Shown here piece after piece: positions 1 through 11,019 of a stretch of DNA of 64,000 bases (its first letter is position 1; the number at the start of each line of letters is the position of its first letter). Made by a program: the position numbers and the translations under genes. The DNA comes from Bacteroidota bacterium (lineage in GTDB: Bacteria; Bacteroidota; Ignavibacteria; Kapaibacteriales; UBA961). Location: contig JBEEPK010000001.1 of assembly GCA_041191145.1 (NCBI GenBank), forward strand, positions 836 through 64,835. The letters run 5' to 3'. The notes beneath the pieces are model-generated. The model made no database searches. It saw only the letters and a program-made list of their open reading frames with translations, and was not told the origin of the DNA.

Positions 1-1
1 A

Positions 2-2491
2 TCACAGTAAATCCAATTGATTAGTATCAGCTTGAGGTGCATCATCACCAGATTCATCTACATCTTCCTCATGAGGCACTGTAGTGATATCGGCAATTTG
101 ATCACCTTCTTCAAGTCTAATGAGTCTAACACCTTGGGTATTTCTTCCAATGATGCGGACATCCTTGACAGGTTGTCTAATCAAGATTCCACCTGTTGTC
201 ATAACAACTAAATCATCGCTGTCCTGCACTTCCATGATACTGACCACTTCACCGGTTTTATCTGTGATATTCATCGAAATTACACCTTTTGCACCACGCT
301 TGGTCAATCGGAAATCTTCATAATTGGTACGCTTACCATAACCATTTTGTCCAACAACAATCACTTGTGAATCAGGACGCTTGATGGCAACCATGGAAAT
401 AATGCGATCTGTATCAGACAATTGCATACCGATAACACCAGCTGCAGTTCTACCCATAGACCTTACATCACTTTCACGGAAACGACATGCAAGACCTGCA
501 TTTGATCCAATGATGATGTCATTTGAACCATCTGTAATTTTGGCAGCAATCAATCTGTCTGTATCATTAAGAGTAATAGCTATCTTACCATTCGCTCGTA
601 CACTTTCGAATTCAGACAATAATGTCTTTTTCACAGTACCATTTTCGGTAGCCATGAATATGTACATATTATCCGGGAATTCTTTGACAGTCAAAGTGGC
701 TGTAACATGCTCATCACTCGCCTTTTCAATCACATTTGCCAATGATCTTCCTTTGGCATTGCGACTTGCTTCGGGCAAATCATAAACTTTCACGCGGAAT
801 ACACGACCTCTATCAGTAAAGAACAAGAGATAATGATGTGTAGCCGCACGGAATACCTGCTCTACATAATCATCCTCATAGGTTCCCGCACCGCTTGCAC
901 CTCGCCCACCTTTGTGTTGTCTGCGATAATTGGTTACTGCAGTTCTTTTGATGAATCCTTTATGTGAGATTGTCACGATCATTTCTTCATTGGCAATCAT
1001 GTCTTCCAATGTAAAATCACGAGCATCATGTACAATTTCTGTTCTACGTTCATCACCATATTTTGCCCTCAAGCCGGCCAATTCATCACTGATGATCTGC
1101 ATTTGCAATTCTTTGCTTGCAAGAATGGCACGAAGGCGTTCAATCAATTGAATGATTTCACGATATTCTTGTTGAATTTTATCGCGCTCAAGTCCTGTCA
1201 ATCTTTGCAAACGCATTTCAAGGATAGCTTTGGCTTGAATCTCAGACAATCCAAATCGCTGCTGCAAGTTGATATTTGCAGTTGATGTATCTTTCGATTC
1301 TTTGATGGTTTTAATCACCTCATCGATATTATCTAAAGCGATGATAAAACCTTCCAAAATATGTGCGCGTTTTTCAGCAGCATCAAGTTCAAAGCGTGTT
1401 CTACGAACAATGACTTCATTACGATGCTTCAGAAATTCTTCCATCATCTGCTTGAGATTGAGAACTCTTGGACGACCCTCAACCAGCGCAAGCATAATAA
1501 CGCCAAATGTTGTTTGAAGCTGTGTATGCTTATACAGATTATTTAGTACCACCATTGGTGTTGCATCACGCTTGAGTTCAATCACAATGCGTAAACCATC
1601 GCGGTCAGATTCATCACGAACATCTGAAATATCTTCAAGAACTTTTGCTCTCACCAAATCAGCAATCTTTTCAATCAATGATGCCTTGCTGACTTGATAT
1701 GGCAATTCAGTGATGATGATTGTTTCTTTGGTTTTTGTGGCCTCAACACTGGCTTTGGCTCTGACCACAACTCGACCACGACCAGTAAGAAAAGCATCCT
1801 TGACACCTTCATATCCATAGATGATACCGCCTGTTGGAAAATCAGGTGCTTTAACATGTTCCATCAATTCCGGAATGGTGACATCCGGATTCTTGATCAT
1901 TACCTGCAAACCATCAATAATCTCTCTGAGATTGTGTGGTGGAATATTGGTTGCCATACCAACCGCAATACCACCAGCCCCATTGACGAGGAGTGTTGGT
2001 AGCGATGTCGGTAATACACTCGGCTCTTGCAAAGAATCATCAAAGTTTGGCCTGAAATCAACTGTATCCTTGTCGATATCACGCAACATTTCCATGGACA
2101 ATGATGCAAGCTTGGTTTCAGTGTAACGCATCGCAGCCGGTGGATCGCCGTCTATCGACCCAAAATTACCCTGTCCATCCACAAGTGGATATCGCATTGA
2201 CCATTCTTGGGCCAATCTCACCATTGCATCATATACCGATGAGTCACCATGGGGGTGAAATTTCCCCAATACCTCACCTACAAGACGAGCAGATTTTTTA
2301 TATGGCCTATTCGGCACTAATCCAAGTTCATACATCGCATAAAGAATCCTGCGATGCACCGGCTTCAATCCATCTCGAACATCTGGTAATGCACGAGATA
2401 CAATGACTGACATGGAATAATCGAGATATGAATCGCGCATTTCATCTTCCAGCGTAACCGGAAGTATGCGCTCGCTGAGAAGCGATGACAT
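2..2491 (-). CDS. gyrA: DNA gyrase subunit A; N-terminus at 2491, 3' end runs off the window (no stop before position 2)
   Basis: Translation begins [53 protein letters not shown] and contains the catalytic-Tyr region AAMRYTE, a GyrA-box-like [10 protein letters not shown] and an acidic C-terminal tail. The product is 829 aa and continuous to the window edge. Confidence 0.97.
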   Translation of the reverse strand: MSSLLSERILPVTLEDEMRDSYLDYSMSVIVSRALPDVRDGLKPVHRRILYAMYELGLVPNRPYKKSARLVGEVLGKFHPHGDSSVYDAMVRLAQEWSMRYPLVDGQGNFGSIDGDPPAAMRYTETKLASLSMEMLRDIDKDTVDFRPNFDDSLQEPSVLPTSLPTLLVNGAGGIAVGMATNIPPHNLREIIDGLQVMIKNPDVTIPELMEHVKAPDFPTGGIIYGYEGVKDAFLTGRGRVVVRAKASVEATKTKETIIITELPYQVSKASLIEKIADLVRAKVLEDISDVRDESDRDGLRIVIELKRDATPMVVLNNLYKHTQLQTTFGVIMLALVEGRPRVLNLKQMMEEFLKHRNEVIVRRTRFELDAAEKRAHILEGFIIALDNIDEVIKTIKESKDTSTANINLQQRFGLSEIQAKAILEMRLQRLTGLERDKIQQEYREIIQLIERLRAILASKELQMQIISDELAGLRAKYGDERRTEIVHDARDFTLEDMIANEEMIVTISHKGFIKRTAVTNYRRQHKGGRGASGAGTYEDDYVEQVFRAATHHYLLFFTDRGRVFRVKVYDLPEASRNAKGRSLANVIEKASDEHVTATLTVKEFPDNMYIFMATENGTVKKTLLSEFESVRANGKIAITLNDTDRLIAAKITDGSNDIIIGSNAGLACRFRESDVRSMGRTAAGVIGMQLSDTDRIISMVAIKRPDSQVIVVGQNGYGKRTNYEDFRLTKRGAKGVISMNITDKTGEVVSIMEVQDSDDLVVMTTGGILIRQPVKDVRIIGRNTQGVRLIRLEEGDQIADITTVPHEEDVDESGDDAPQADTNQLDLL

Positions 2492-2607
2492 AGGAGTATT
2501 TTCGAGTATTGAATGAACTTAGTAATCGAAGGCAAATGTACGGATTTGAGGCGTCATTTCTGATTGAAAAAACACCCAAAACATCTTATATTTTCCACAT
2601 TTCACAT

Positions 2608-2636
2608 AAAAAAAGCCGTCCTGCTCAAGGACGGCT
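2608..2636 (-). terminator. Rho-independent terminator downstream of tRNA-Ser on the minus strand
   Basis: A 7-bp GC-rich hairpin gccgtcc/ggacggc (2615-2635) sits immediately after the tRNA 3' end on the minus strand, followed by a 7-nt T-run (the A-run at 2608-2614 on the plus strand). Confidence 0.6.
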
Positions 2637-2638
2637 TG

Positions 2639-2725
2639 CGGAAAGGGCGGGATTCGAACCCGCGGTACCGTTACCGGTACACACGCTTTCCAGGCGTGCC
2701 AATTAAACCACTCTTGCACCTTTCC
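2639..2725 (-). tRNA. tRNA-Ser (anticodon GGA), type II with long variable arm; CCA not encoded
   Basis: The reverse complement reads GGAAAGG-TG-...-CACGC CTGGAAA GCGTG-(18-nt variable arm)-GCGGG TTCGAAT CCCGC-CCTTTCC-G. It has a 7-bp acceptor stem, a T-loop TTCGAAT, and an anticodon loop with U33 and A37 giving anticodon GGA. Boundaries were set by eye. Confidence 0.85.
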
Positions 2726-2910
2726 AAGTGGTTCTCGTAAAAACGAATCGCAAATGTAGGGAATTCTTCCGAATTTTCGATGCTTCTTTCTCTTTTGAAG
2801 GTTGCATCTGTGCACAACTTATTGGGATAGAACCTGCTTCATTGCTTTCAATTCACTACTTTTGCAAAGCATATCGCAGTATTTCTGTTTCACTCATTCG
2901 GACTTTCATC

Positions 2911-3978
2911 ATGATCGATTCGATTGTCTCCCTTTTAGGCGAAAACGCGTCTTATTTACTTGATCATCAATCAAATACCATCCCGAAAGAGCAACTTCAT
3001 CTCCCTTCACCGAATGCTGTGGATGAAATATTTGGCATTTCGGATAGAAATAACAGAGTATTGTCGAATCTTCAAAGAATGGCTGATACCGGAAGATTGG
3101 CTGGAACCGGTTATACTTCAATCCTTCCCGTGGATCAAGGCATCGAGCATTCTGCAGGTGCGAGCTTTGCAAAGAATCCTGCCTATTTTGATCCTGAGAA
3201 TATCATCAAGCTTGCCATTGAAGGAGGTTGTAATGCAGTTGCCTCCACTTTCGGTGTATTGTCGATGACGAGCAGAAAATATGCGCACAAAATTCCTTAT
3301 GTGGTAAAAATCAATCACAATGAACTATTGACCTATCCGAACAAAGCTGATCAGATCATGTATGGGACAATTAAGCAGGCTTATGATATGGGAGCCGCAG
3401 CAGTGGGAGCTACGATTTATTTTGGATCTCCGGAAAGTTCAAGACAAATCATCGAAGTATCCGAAGCATTTGCCATGGCTCATGATTTGGGAATGGCAAC
3501 AATACTGTGGTGTTATATCAGAAACTCAGCATTCAAAACTGCAGAGAAGGATTTTCATGTTTCGGCAGACTTGACCGGTCAGGCAAATCATCTCGGCGTG
3601 ACGATTAATGCAGATATAATCAAGCAAAAACTCCCCGAAAACAATGGTGGGTATTCGGCATTGAATATGGGTGGATCTTCTTATGGTAAATTGGATAAGC
3701 GAATGTATACAGAGTTATCCAGCGATCACCCTATTGATCTGTGCCGTTATCAAGTTGCAAATTGTTATATGGGAAGAATCGGACTCATCAATTCCGGCGG
3801 AGCATCCGGAGAAAATGATATGTCTGAAGCTATTGCAACCGCTGTAATCAATAAAAGAGCAGGCGGAATGGGCTTGATTTCAGGTAGAAAAGCATTTCAA
3901 AAACCAATGAATGAAGGCATTGCATTATTGCAAGGCATTCAGGATGTCTATCTCTGCAAAGAGATCACCGTGGCATAA
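2911..3978 (+). CDS. fbaB: Class I fructose-bisphosphate aldolase (FbaB/DhnA type)
   Basis: Near-colinear similarity to E. coli FbaB, including [92 protein letters not shown] and [12 protein letters not shown] placed the start at ATG 2911 (MIDSIVSLL...). The ORF-track start at 2728 is a spurious 5' extension that runs into the tRNA/promoter region. Confidence 0.9.
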   Translation: MIDSIVSLLGENASYLLDHQSNTIPKEQLHLPSPNAVDEIFGISDRNNRVLSNLQRMADTGRLAGTGYTSILPVDQGIEHSAGASFAKNPAYFDPENIIKLAIEGGCNAVASTFGVLSMTSRKYAHKIPYVVKINHNELLTYPNKADQIMYGTIKQAYDMGAAAVGATIYFGSPESSRQIIEVSEAFAMAHDLGMATILWCYIRNSAFKTAEKDFHVSADLTGQANHLGVTINADIIKQKLPENNGGYSALNMGGSSYGKLDKRMYTELSSDHPIDLCRYQVANCYMGRIGLINSGGASGENDMSEAIATAVINKRAGGMGLISGRKAFQKPMNEGIALLQGIQDVYLCKEITVA

Positions 3979-3982
3979 TTAC

Positions 3983-5755
3983 ATGAAAGAACTCTCTCGT
4001 TTATTTCCCTATCTGAAAAGGCATAAGCTACGCTTGATGCTAGGTTTTCTGTTTGTCACTATTTCCAATATATGTTCGACATCCATTCCTCGTTTTGTTG
4101 GGTCAATCGTTGATGGCATGCAAAAAGCACAAATAGATCAAAGTTCAGTAAATACTTCCATTGGTATCATTCTGCTCTTAACCATTGGTTCGGGTTTTTT
4201 TATGTATCTCACTCGCAAGACAATCATTGTTGCCTCGCGATTGATTGAATATGAATTGCGCAATGATTTGTTGATAGCGCTTGAGCGACAATCCCTATCC
4301 TTCTATCATAAGAATTCAACAGGTTCTTTGATGGCTCTCACTACGAATGACATAGCTGCAATGAGAGAATTTCTTGGACCTGCGCTGATGTATTCGGCAA
4401 ATACAATTACGACATTCTCATTCGCACTCGCTTTCATGGGATCTCTTAATCCTTCGCTGACATTGATGGCTTTGCTTCCGCTTCCCTTCATGGCATTTCT
4501 GACATATTTCATTGGGAAAAAAGTACATATCGGATTTCGTGATGTTCAAGAACAATTTTCTCAATTGACTTCGAAAGCACAAGAAACATTCAGTGGCGTT
4601 AGAGTGATTCGAGCATATCGAAGAGAAGGTTTTGAGACCGGTGAGTTTGAAAAGCAAAGTGAAGTCTATCAACAAAGAAATATTCGACTTGCCTTTTTGC
4701 AATCTCTCACCATGCCATCAATGATGGCACTTGTGGGATTCTCAAATCTCTTGGTATTGGGATATGGAGGACTTCTAGCAATTGAAGGTAAAGCAACAAT
4801 TGGTGACTTATCACAGTTTTTCATCTATCTCAATCAACTGATCTGGCCTGTTGCTGCAATTGGTTGGGTTACCAATCTCATTCAAAGAGCGGCTGCATCA
4901 GCTAAGAGAGTCGGTGATATCATGGATATGCAATCAGAAATCATCAATGATGTTTCTGAGACTGTTAATCTGAAAGGCATTTCCGGAATCTCATTTGAAG
5001 CCGTTGGCATGAGCTATCCCGGCCGATCAATTCCCGCTCTTTATGATATCACATTTGAAATCCCCAAAGGTTCTTCCATCGGCATCGTTGGAGCAACAGG
5101 AAGTGGCAAATCAACAATAGCGGCATTACTTCCCAGATTATTTGATCCAACATCGGGTGTCATCACCATTGATGGACAGAATATCAGGACAATGCCACTC
5201 GAAATATTACGAAAGAAAATTGCTCTTATTCAACAAGAAGCATTTTTATTTTCAATGTCACTAGCCGATAATATCCGATTCGGAAATCCCGATGCAAGCT
5301 TGGAGGATGTGAAAAGAGCTGCTGAATTGGCAGGATTGGCAGATGATATAGCTGATTTCCCGAAAGGATATGACACAATTGTTGGTGAAAGAGGTATTAC
5401 ACTTTCCGGTGGACAGAAACAAAGAACGGCAATAGCCAGAGCAATCATCAGAAATCCTGAATTGCTCATTTTTGATGATGCATTCTCTGCCGTTGATACT
5501 GCAACTGAAGAACATATCATCAAAGGACTTTCAATGCTCATGGAATATCGCACGACCATCATCATCGCGCATAGAATCTCCACAGTAGCTTTATGTAATA
5601 CGATTATTGTTCTTGATAAAGGGCATATCATTGAAAGAGGCACGCATAAAGAATTATTGGCATTGAATGGTGTCTATGCAAACATGCATGAGCGTCAACA
5701 ATTGGAAGAAGAATTCAAGCATTATTCGACTGAGATTTCGGAGATTGAACAATGA
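3983..5755 (+). CDS. ABC exporter, fused permease + ATP-binding protein (MsbA/multidrug-exporter family)
   Basis: An N-terminal 6-TM region is followed by Walker A GATGSGKST, the ABC signature LSGGQKQR and Walker B LLIFDDAFSAVD. I placed the start at ATG 3983 (MKELSRLF...), 4 nt after the fbaB stop. The ORF-track start 3911 overlaps fbaB. Confidence 0.9.
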   Translation: MKELSRLFPYLKRHKLRLMLGFLFVTISNICSTSIPRFVGSIVDGMQKAQIDQSSVNTSIGIILLLTIGSGFFMYLTRKTIIVASRLIEYELRNDLLIALERQSLSFYHKNSTGSLMALTTNDIAAMREFLGPALMYSANTITTFSFALAFMGSLNPSLTLMALLPLPFMAFLTYFIGKKVHIGFRDVQEQFSQLTSKAQETFSGVRVIRAYRREGFETGEFEKQSEVYQQRNIRLAFLQSLTMPSMMALVGFSNLLVLGYGGLLAIEGKATIGDLSQFFIYLNQLIWPVAAIGWVTNLIQRAAASAKRVGDIMDMQSEIINDVSETVNLKGISGISFEAVGMSYPGRSIPALYDITFEIPKGSSIGIVGATGSGKSTIAALLPRLFDPTSGVITIDGQNIRTMPLEILRKKIALIQQEAFLFSMSLADNIRFGNPDASLEDVKRAAELAGLADDIADFPKGYDTIVGERGITLSGGQKQRTAIARAIIRNPELLIFDDAFSAVDTATEEHIIKGLSMLMEYRTTIIIAHRISTVALCNTIIVLDKGHIIERGTHKELLALNGVYANMHERQQLEEEFKHYSTEISEIEQ

Positions 5756-6705
5756 AACTCTCGATTGTCATACCTATGTACAATGAAGAAGGTATTGTAC
5801 ATGCTCTTTATCAAAGACTTGAACATACTAAAGCTTTATTCAACAGGAAATTTGATCTCATGCCATCTGACATTGAAATCATTTTTGTGAATGATGGCTC
5901 CTCTGATGGTACATTCGAAGTACTCAAAAAACTATGCATGGATGAAGCACATTATCAATTACTTAATCTCTCTCGAAATCACGGACATCAAATAGCCATT
6001 ACAGCCGGCATTGATCTGGCAAAAGGTGATGCCGTGGCAGTAATTGATGGCGATTTACAAGATCCCCCGGAAACGATTGTGGATCTCTATGGAAAAATGC
6101 AGGAAGGCTTTGATGTCGTTTACGCCGTGCGAAAAAAACGCGAAGGCGAAACTCCATTCAAATTATTCACTGCAAAATTGTTTTACCGATTGCTCAAGAA
6201 ATTGACCAATGTTGAAATACCGGTTGACACAGGTGATTTTCGCATCATGAGTCGAAGAGTTGTAACAATTCTCACTTCCATGAATGAAAGACATCGTTTC
6301 ATTCGCGGGATGATCAGCTGGATTGGATTCAATCAAACAGGACTTGAGTATGAAAGACATGAAAGACATTCCGGAGAAACAAAATATACACTTTCAAAGA
6401 TGATCAAGTTTGCTTTTGATGGCATTACTTCCTTTTCTTCCATACCTCTGAAGCTCGCTTCCTACCTGGGAATCATTACCGCGATGTTTGGTTTCTTGTA
6501 TAGCTTATATATTGTATTTCTGAAGCTTTTTGTTCCAAAATCACAAATAGAACTGGGCTGGGCTTCTATCATCATCTTTATTCTATTGCTTGGTGGAATA
6601 CAATTACTTGCACTTGGCATGATCGGTGAATATCTCGGAAGGATACATGATGAAACCAAATTCCGTCCGCTATACATTGTTGAACATATCTACAAAAAAG
6701 AATGA
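5752..6705 (+). CDS. Family-2 glycosyltransferase, polyprenyl-phosphate sugar transferase type (ArnC/GtrB-like), with C-terminal TM helices
   Basis: It begins MKLSIVIPMYNEEG and carries VNDGSSDGT, DGDLQDP and a C-terminal membrane anchor. It aligns along its whole length with ArnC/GtrB-type enzymes. Its ATG overlaps the ABC gene stop (ATGA junction). Confidence 0.85.
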   Translation: MKLSIVIPMYNEEGIVHALYQRLEHTKALFNRKFDLMPSDIEIIFVNDGSSDGTFEVLKKLCMDEAHYQLLNLSRNHGHQIAITAGIDLAKGDAVAVIDGDLQDPPETIVDLYGKMQEGFDVVYAVRKKREGETPFKLFTAKLFYRLLKKLTNVEIPVDTGDFRIMSRRVVTILTSMNERHRFIRGMISWIGFNQTGLEYERHERHSGETKYTLSKMIKFAFDGITSFSSIPLKLASYLGIITAMFGFLYSLYIVFLKLFVPKSQIELGWASIIIFILLLGGIQLLALGMIGEYLGRIHDETKFRPLYIVEHIYKKE

Positions 6706-7400
6706 GTGAATTCGATAAATATGCTCGAGATTATGATGACATGCATGCCGAGAATGTAAAGTCATCAGGTTATACCCCCGCTTTTTTTGATGAGTATAAG
6801 GTAAAAGAAATAGCAAGGTTATTGCATTCTGGAAATCATACAAGCAAACCATTACATATTCTGAATTTTGGTTGTGGAATCGGAAAGAGTGAACAATATC
6901 TCCACAAGTATTTCCCCTATGCTACCATTGTCGGAGCGGATGTATCCAATGATTCACTTGACATAGCAAAAAAAGACAATGCTGATTTGAATTGCATTCG
7001 TTGGGAATTGATATCCGAAACCGAGAACATTGGTTTTGGCGATACATTTGATGTCATATTCATAGCAAATGTTTTTCATCATATTCCTCATTCAGAGCAT
7101 GAGCGAATTTTGAGAGATTTACGAAATCACCTCAGACCCAATGGCAAACTTTTCATGTTCGAGCATAATCCTTGGAATCCAATTACAGTAAAGACCATCA
7201 AGGATTGTCCATTCGATATCGATGCCGTCCTATTATCTCCTGCTTATTCAAAATCCGTGTATAAAAAAGCAGGATTTTCAGGAACATCCATACGATTTAC
7301 ATTGTTCTTCCCTGCATTCGTATCATTCTTGCGCCCTTTGGAGCCATTGCTTTCTTGGCTTCCGCTCGGTGCTCAATACTATATCGAAGCGAAACCTTGA
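6702..7400 (+). CDS. Class I SAM-dependent methyltransferase
   Basis: It contains the glycine-rich SAM motif ILNFGCGIGKSE and a downstream acidic motif IVGADVS. There is a 4-nt overlap with the upstream GT2 gene. Confidence 0.8.
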   Translation: MSEFDKYARDYDDMHAENVKSSGYTPAFFDEYKVKEIARLLHSGNHTSKPLHILNFGCGIGKSEQYLHKYFPYATIVGADVSNDSLDIAKKDNADLNCIRWELISETENIGFGDTFDVIFIANVFHHIPHSEHERILRDLRNHLRPNGKLFMFEHNPWNPITVKTIKDCPFDIDAVLLSPAYSKSVYKKAGFSGTSIRFTLFFPAFVSFLRPLEPLLSWLPLGAQYYIEAKP

Positions 7401-7413
7401 ACATATGGCTGTT

Positions 7414-7445
7414 TTTTGATAAACAGCCAATAAATCCATAGTTTT
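7414..7445 (+). promoter_or_regulatory. Candidate Bacteroidetes-type sigma-A promoter for sdhCAB (-33 TTTG, -7 TAnnTTTG)
   Basis: TTTG lies at 7414-7417 and TAgtTTTG at 7438-7445, with 20-bp spacing, about 55 nt upstream of the sdhC ATG. A weak hairpin ggctgtt/aacagcc at 7406-7427 sits just after the methyltransferase stop. Confidence 0.4.
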
Positions 7446-7500
7446 GCTTTAGAATTTTGATTTTATACAAACCATCACAGCATTGTAAGGATACTCATCC

Positions 7501-8268
7501 ATGTCATCTTTGCTACAATTCCTTCGATCCACAGTCTTCACAAAAATCGTGATGGCCATCACAGGCCTTTTAATCATCGGTTTTTTGATCGGACATATGC
7601 TTGGCAATCTCTTGATGTTTGCAGGGCCTGAAAAAATCAATGCCTATGCTCTCGGATTGAAAAATCTTGGTCCACTGCTTTGGCTTGTTCGATTTGCTAT
7701 GATTGCAGCATTCGGTCTACATATTTGGTCATCCATTGAACTCGCTTCCAGAAATAAATTGGCAAGACCTGTTCAATATGATACAAAGAAATCTCTCAAA
7801 TCAACATTTGCATCAAGAACAATGTTGGTTTCCGGTTTGGCGATTCTCTTCTTTGTGATCTATCATCTATTGCATTATACATTCGGTATCATTCAACCGA
7901 ATACCTATTATGCTGGCGGATATCGCATGGAATCCACTGGTGAAATTGTACACCATGTCTATAATATGGTCGTTGCAGGATTCCAAAATCCATTTATTGC
8001 TCTTTCCTATATCATTGCTCTGATATTCATGTCTTCACATGTAAGTCATGCCACATCAAGTGCTTTTCAGACATTGGGCGTGATGAATCCAAATATCAAA
8101 AAAATCACTTCAAAGATTGGTCCGGCATTGGCTGGCTTATTCCTTGTCGGTTATCTATCCATTCCAATTGGCGTAATGATTGGAGTCATCAAAAAAGCTC
8201 CTGATCAAAAGCATGTTTCGACAATGACCAAAGATTGTCCTGACACTCCCGATTGCAAATGTGAGTAA
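7501..8268 (+). CDS. sdhC: Succinate dehydrogenase/fumarate reductase cytochrome b subunit (b558 family, Bacteroidetes/Chlorobi type)
   Basis: This is a 255-aa polytopic membrane protein with conserved His residues in its TM helices, sitting directly upstream of the flavoprotein and Fe-S subunits. It ends with an unusual Cys-rich tail, DCPDTPDCKCE. Confidence 0.85.
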   Translation: MSSLLQFLRSTVFTKIVMAITGLLIIGFLIGHMLGNLLMFAGPEKINAYALGLKNLGPLLWLVRFAMIAAFGLHIWSSIELASRNKLARPVQYDTKKSLKSTFASRTMLVSGLAILFFVIYHLLHYTFGIIQPNTYYAGGYRMESTGEIVHHVYNMVVAGFQNPFIALSYIIALIFMSSHVSHATSSAFQTLGVMNPNIKKITSKIGPALAGLFLVGYLSIPIGVMIGVIKKAPDQKHVSTMTKDCPDTPDCKCE

Positions 8269-8311
8269 TCCGATTAAATAAACAAGACTTTCACTATACC
8301 GTGATATATCC

Positions 8312-10225
8312 ATGAAACTTGAATCGAATATTCCTTCAGGACCCATTGAACAAAAATGGGACAAACATCGAGCCGAAGCGAAGTTGGTGAATCCTGCCAA
8401 TAAGAGAAAATATCGCGTCCTCATCGTTGGTTCTGGACTTGCGGGTGCATCAGCCGCAGCCACACTCGCGGAATTGGGATATAATGTTGATTGCTTTACT
8501 TTTCACGATTCACCACGCAGAGCACATTCCATAGCTGCTCAAGGTGGAATCAATGCGGCAAAGAATTATCAGAATGATGGTGATAGCATCTATCGTCTCT
8601 TCTATGATACCGTAAAAGGTGGAGATTTTCGTGCTCGCGAAGCCAATGTATATCGCCTCGCACAAGTCAGTGTCAACATCATAGATCAATGTGTGGCGCA
8701 AGGCGTTCCATTTGCACGAGAATATGGTGGATACCTTACCAATCGTTCCTTTGGTGGCGCACAAGTTTCTCGCACATTCTATGCAAAGGGTCAAACAGGT
8801 CAGCAATTGCTACTTGGTGCATATTCCGCTTTGTCCCGTCAGATTGGCGCGGGCACAGTGACGATGCATAATAGAAAAGAAATGATGGAATTGGTATTAG
8901 TTGATGGACATGCGCGTGGTATAGTCACTCGCGATCTTGTATCTGGTAAAATCGAATCTTGGTCAGGCGATGCGGTCATTCTCGCTACTGGTGGATATTC
9001 GAATGTCTTTTATCTTTCAACAAATGCGATGGCATGTAATGTGACATCCATTTGGAGAGCACATAAGAAAGGCGCAGGACTTGCAAATCCATGTTTCACG
9101 CAGATTCATCCTACATCGATTCCCCAGCATGGAGAATATCAATCAAAACTTACATTGATGAGTGAATCACTCAGAAATGATGGTCGTGTATGGGTACCGC
9201 TGAAAGCAAATGATAATCGCGCACCACATGATATTCCTGAAAATGAGAGAGATTATTATCTCGAAAGAAAATACCCTTCGTTTGGAAATCTTTCACCTCG
9301 TGACATTGCATCTCGCGCTGCGAAAGAAGTGTGTGATGAAGGTCGTGGTGTTGGTCCCGGTGGTCGTGGCGTATATCTTGACTTCTCGGCAGCAATCAAT
9401 AGACTAGGTGAGAAGACAATTGCTGAGCGTTATGGCAATCTTTTTGAAATGTATGAAAGAATCTCTGGTGAAAACCCATACAAATCACCAATGAGAATTT
9501 ATCCTGCCCCCCATTATACTATGGGAGGTTTATGGGTTGACTATAATCTCATGAGTACCATTCCAGGCTTGCATGTACTTGGAGAAGCGAATTTCTCCGA
9601 TCATGGTGCCAATCGTCTCGGAGCAAGTGCTTTGATGCAAGGCTTGGCAGATGGATACTTTGTGATTCCATATACAATCGGAAATTATCTTGCAGGTGTG
9701 AAACCTGGTGAGGTAACGAATGAGCATCCTGAGTTCAAAAAGGCGGTTGCCGAAGTAGAAGGTAGAGTGTCCAAGTTTCTTTCAGTTAATGGTAAACGCA
9801 CCACATCTTCATTCCATAGAGAACTTGGTATGCTTATGTGGAATAACTGCGGTATGGCTCGCAGTGAAGCAAGTTTGAAAGAAGCACTCCAAAGAATTCC
9901 TGAAATTCGTGAAGAATTCTGGAATAATGTGAATGTCGTTGGTTCAGCAAATGAATTGAATACCGCATTGGAACATGCTGGTCGTGTTGCAGATTTCTTG
10001 GAATTTGCAGAACTCATGTGTATTGATGCTCTCGAGAGAGATGAATCATGCGGTGGTCATTTCAGAACCGAACATCAAACTGAAGATGGCGAAGCAAAAA
10101 GAAATGATGATAAATTCTGCCATTCATCAGTATGGGAATATTCGGGTGATACTGCGAAACCGAATTTGCATAAAGAACAACTTACTTTTGAAAATGTCAA
10201 GCTTGCAACAAGGAGCTATAAATAA
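8312..10225 (+). CDS. sdhA: Succinate dehydrogenase/fumarate reductase flavoprotein subunit
   Basis: It has the FAD-binding N-terminus [15 protein letters not shown], the covalent-FAD histidine context HSIAAQGGI, and the active-site region HYTMGGL. The product is 637 aa. Confidence 0.95.
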   Translation: MKLESNIPSGPIEQKWDKHRAEAKLVNPANKRKYRVLIVGSGLAGASAAATLAELGYNVDCFTFHDSPRRAHSIAAQGGINAAKNYQNDGDSIYRLFYDTVKGGDFRAREANVYRLAQVSVNIIDQCVAQGVPFAREYGGYLTNRSFGGAQVSRTFYAKGQTGQQLLLGAYSALSRQIGAGTVTMHNRKEMMELVLVDGHARGIVTRDLVSGKIESWSGDAVILATGGYSNVFYLSTNAMACNVTSIWRAHKKGAGLANPCFTQIHPTSIPQHGEYQSKLTLMSESLRNDGRVWVPLKANDNRAPHDIPENERDYYLERKYPSFGNLSPRDIASRAAKEVCDEGRGVGPGGRGVYLDFSAAINRLGEKTIAERYGNLFEMYERISGENPYKSPMRIYPAPHYTMGGLWVDYNLMSTIPGLHVLGEANFSDHGANRLGASALMQGLADGYFVIPYTIGNYLAGVKPGEVTNEHPEFKKAVAEVEGRVSKFLSVNGKRTTSSFHRELGMLMWNNCGMARSEASLKEALQRIPEIREEFWNNVNVVGSANELNTALEHAGRVADFLEFAELMCIDALERDESCGGHFRTEHQTEDGEAKRNDDKFCHSSVWEYSGDTAKPNLHKEQLTFENVKLATRSYK

Positions 10226-10968
10226 TGAAATTATCCCTGAAAGTATGGCGCCAGAAGAACAAGAATTCTGAAGGAGATTTCAAGAATTATGTTTTGTCAG
10301 ACATCAGTCCTGATATGTCTTTCCTTGAAATGCTCGATGTTCTTAATGAACAATTGCTAACAAAGAATGAAGATCCTGTTGCATTCGATCATGATTGCCG
10401 TGAAGGTATTTGTGGATCATGTTCCATGATGATCAATGGGAAACCTCATGGTCCGGAATCAATGACAACTACATGTCAATTACATATGCGTAAGTTCAAG
10501 GATGGCGATGAATTAGTCGTCGAACCTTGGAGAGCAAGCGCCTTCCCTGTCATCAGAGATCTTGTTGTGGATCGTTCCGCATTCGATAGAATCATTCAGG
10601 CAGGTGGTTTTGTATCAGTAAATACCGGCAATGCACAAGATGGTAATACTTTGCCTATTCCAAAACCTGATGCTGATGCCGCCATGGATGCTGCTGCTTG
10701 TATTGGATGTGGCGCATGTGTTGCAGCTTGCAAAAATGCATCAGCGATGTTGTTTACAGCTGCAAAAGTTTCGCATCTTGGATATTTACCTCAAGGACAA
10801 CCCGAAAGAAAACGCAGGGTATTGAAAATGGTTGAGCAAATGGATAACGAAGGTTTTGGAAATTGCACCAATACTTATGATTGCGAAGCGGCATGTCCAA
10901 AAGGCATTAGTGTCCATAATATCGCAAGACTCAATCGCGATTTCCTCAAAGCGAAATTATTCGGTTGA
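10225..10968 (+). CDS. sdhB: Succinate dehydrogenase/fumarate reductase iron-sulfur subunit
   Basis: It carries three Cys clusters: [19 protein letters not shown] (2Fe-2S), [13 protein letters not shown] (4Fe-4S) and CEAACPKG (3Fe-4S). Its start overlaps the sdhA stop (TAATG). Confidence 0.95.
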   Translation: MKLSLKVWRQKNKNSEGDFKNYVLSDISPDMSFLEMLDVLNEQLLTKNEDPVAFDHDCREGICGSCSMMINGKPHGPESMTTTCQLHMRKFKDGDELVVEPWRASAFPVIRDLVVDRSAFDRIIQAGGFVSVNTGNAQDGNTLPIPKPDADAAMDAAACIGCGACVAACKNASAMLFTAAKVSHLGYLPQGQPERKRRVLKMVEQMDNEGFGNCTNTYDCEAACPKGISVHNIARLNRDFLKAKLFG

Positions 10969-10990
10969 TAATTGATTGAACAAAAAATTA

Positions 10991-11019
10991 GGGAGATGAG
11001 TAATCATCTCCCTTTTTTT
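10991..11019. terminator. Bidirectional rho-independent terminator between convergent sdhB and the chalcone-isomerase-like gene
   Basis: A 9-bp stem gggagatga/tcatctccc with loop gtaa is followed by TTTTTTT on the plus strand and preceded by an A-run (so T-runs on both strands). The T-run overlaps the stop codon of the minus-strand gene. Confidence 0.7.

Noticed and set aside
2728-2910. Long 5' extension of the fbaB ORF (ORF-track start 2728, [13 protein letters not shown]...)
   Set aside because: Homology to FbaB begins only at Met-62 (ATG 2911). The extension overlaps the tRNA/terminator/promoter region and has no aldolase similarity.
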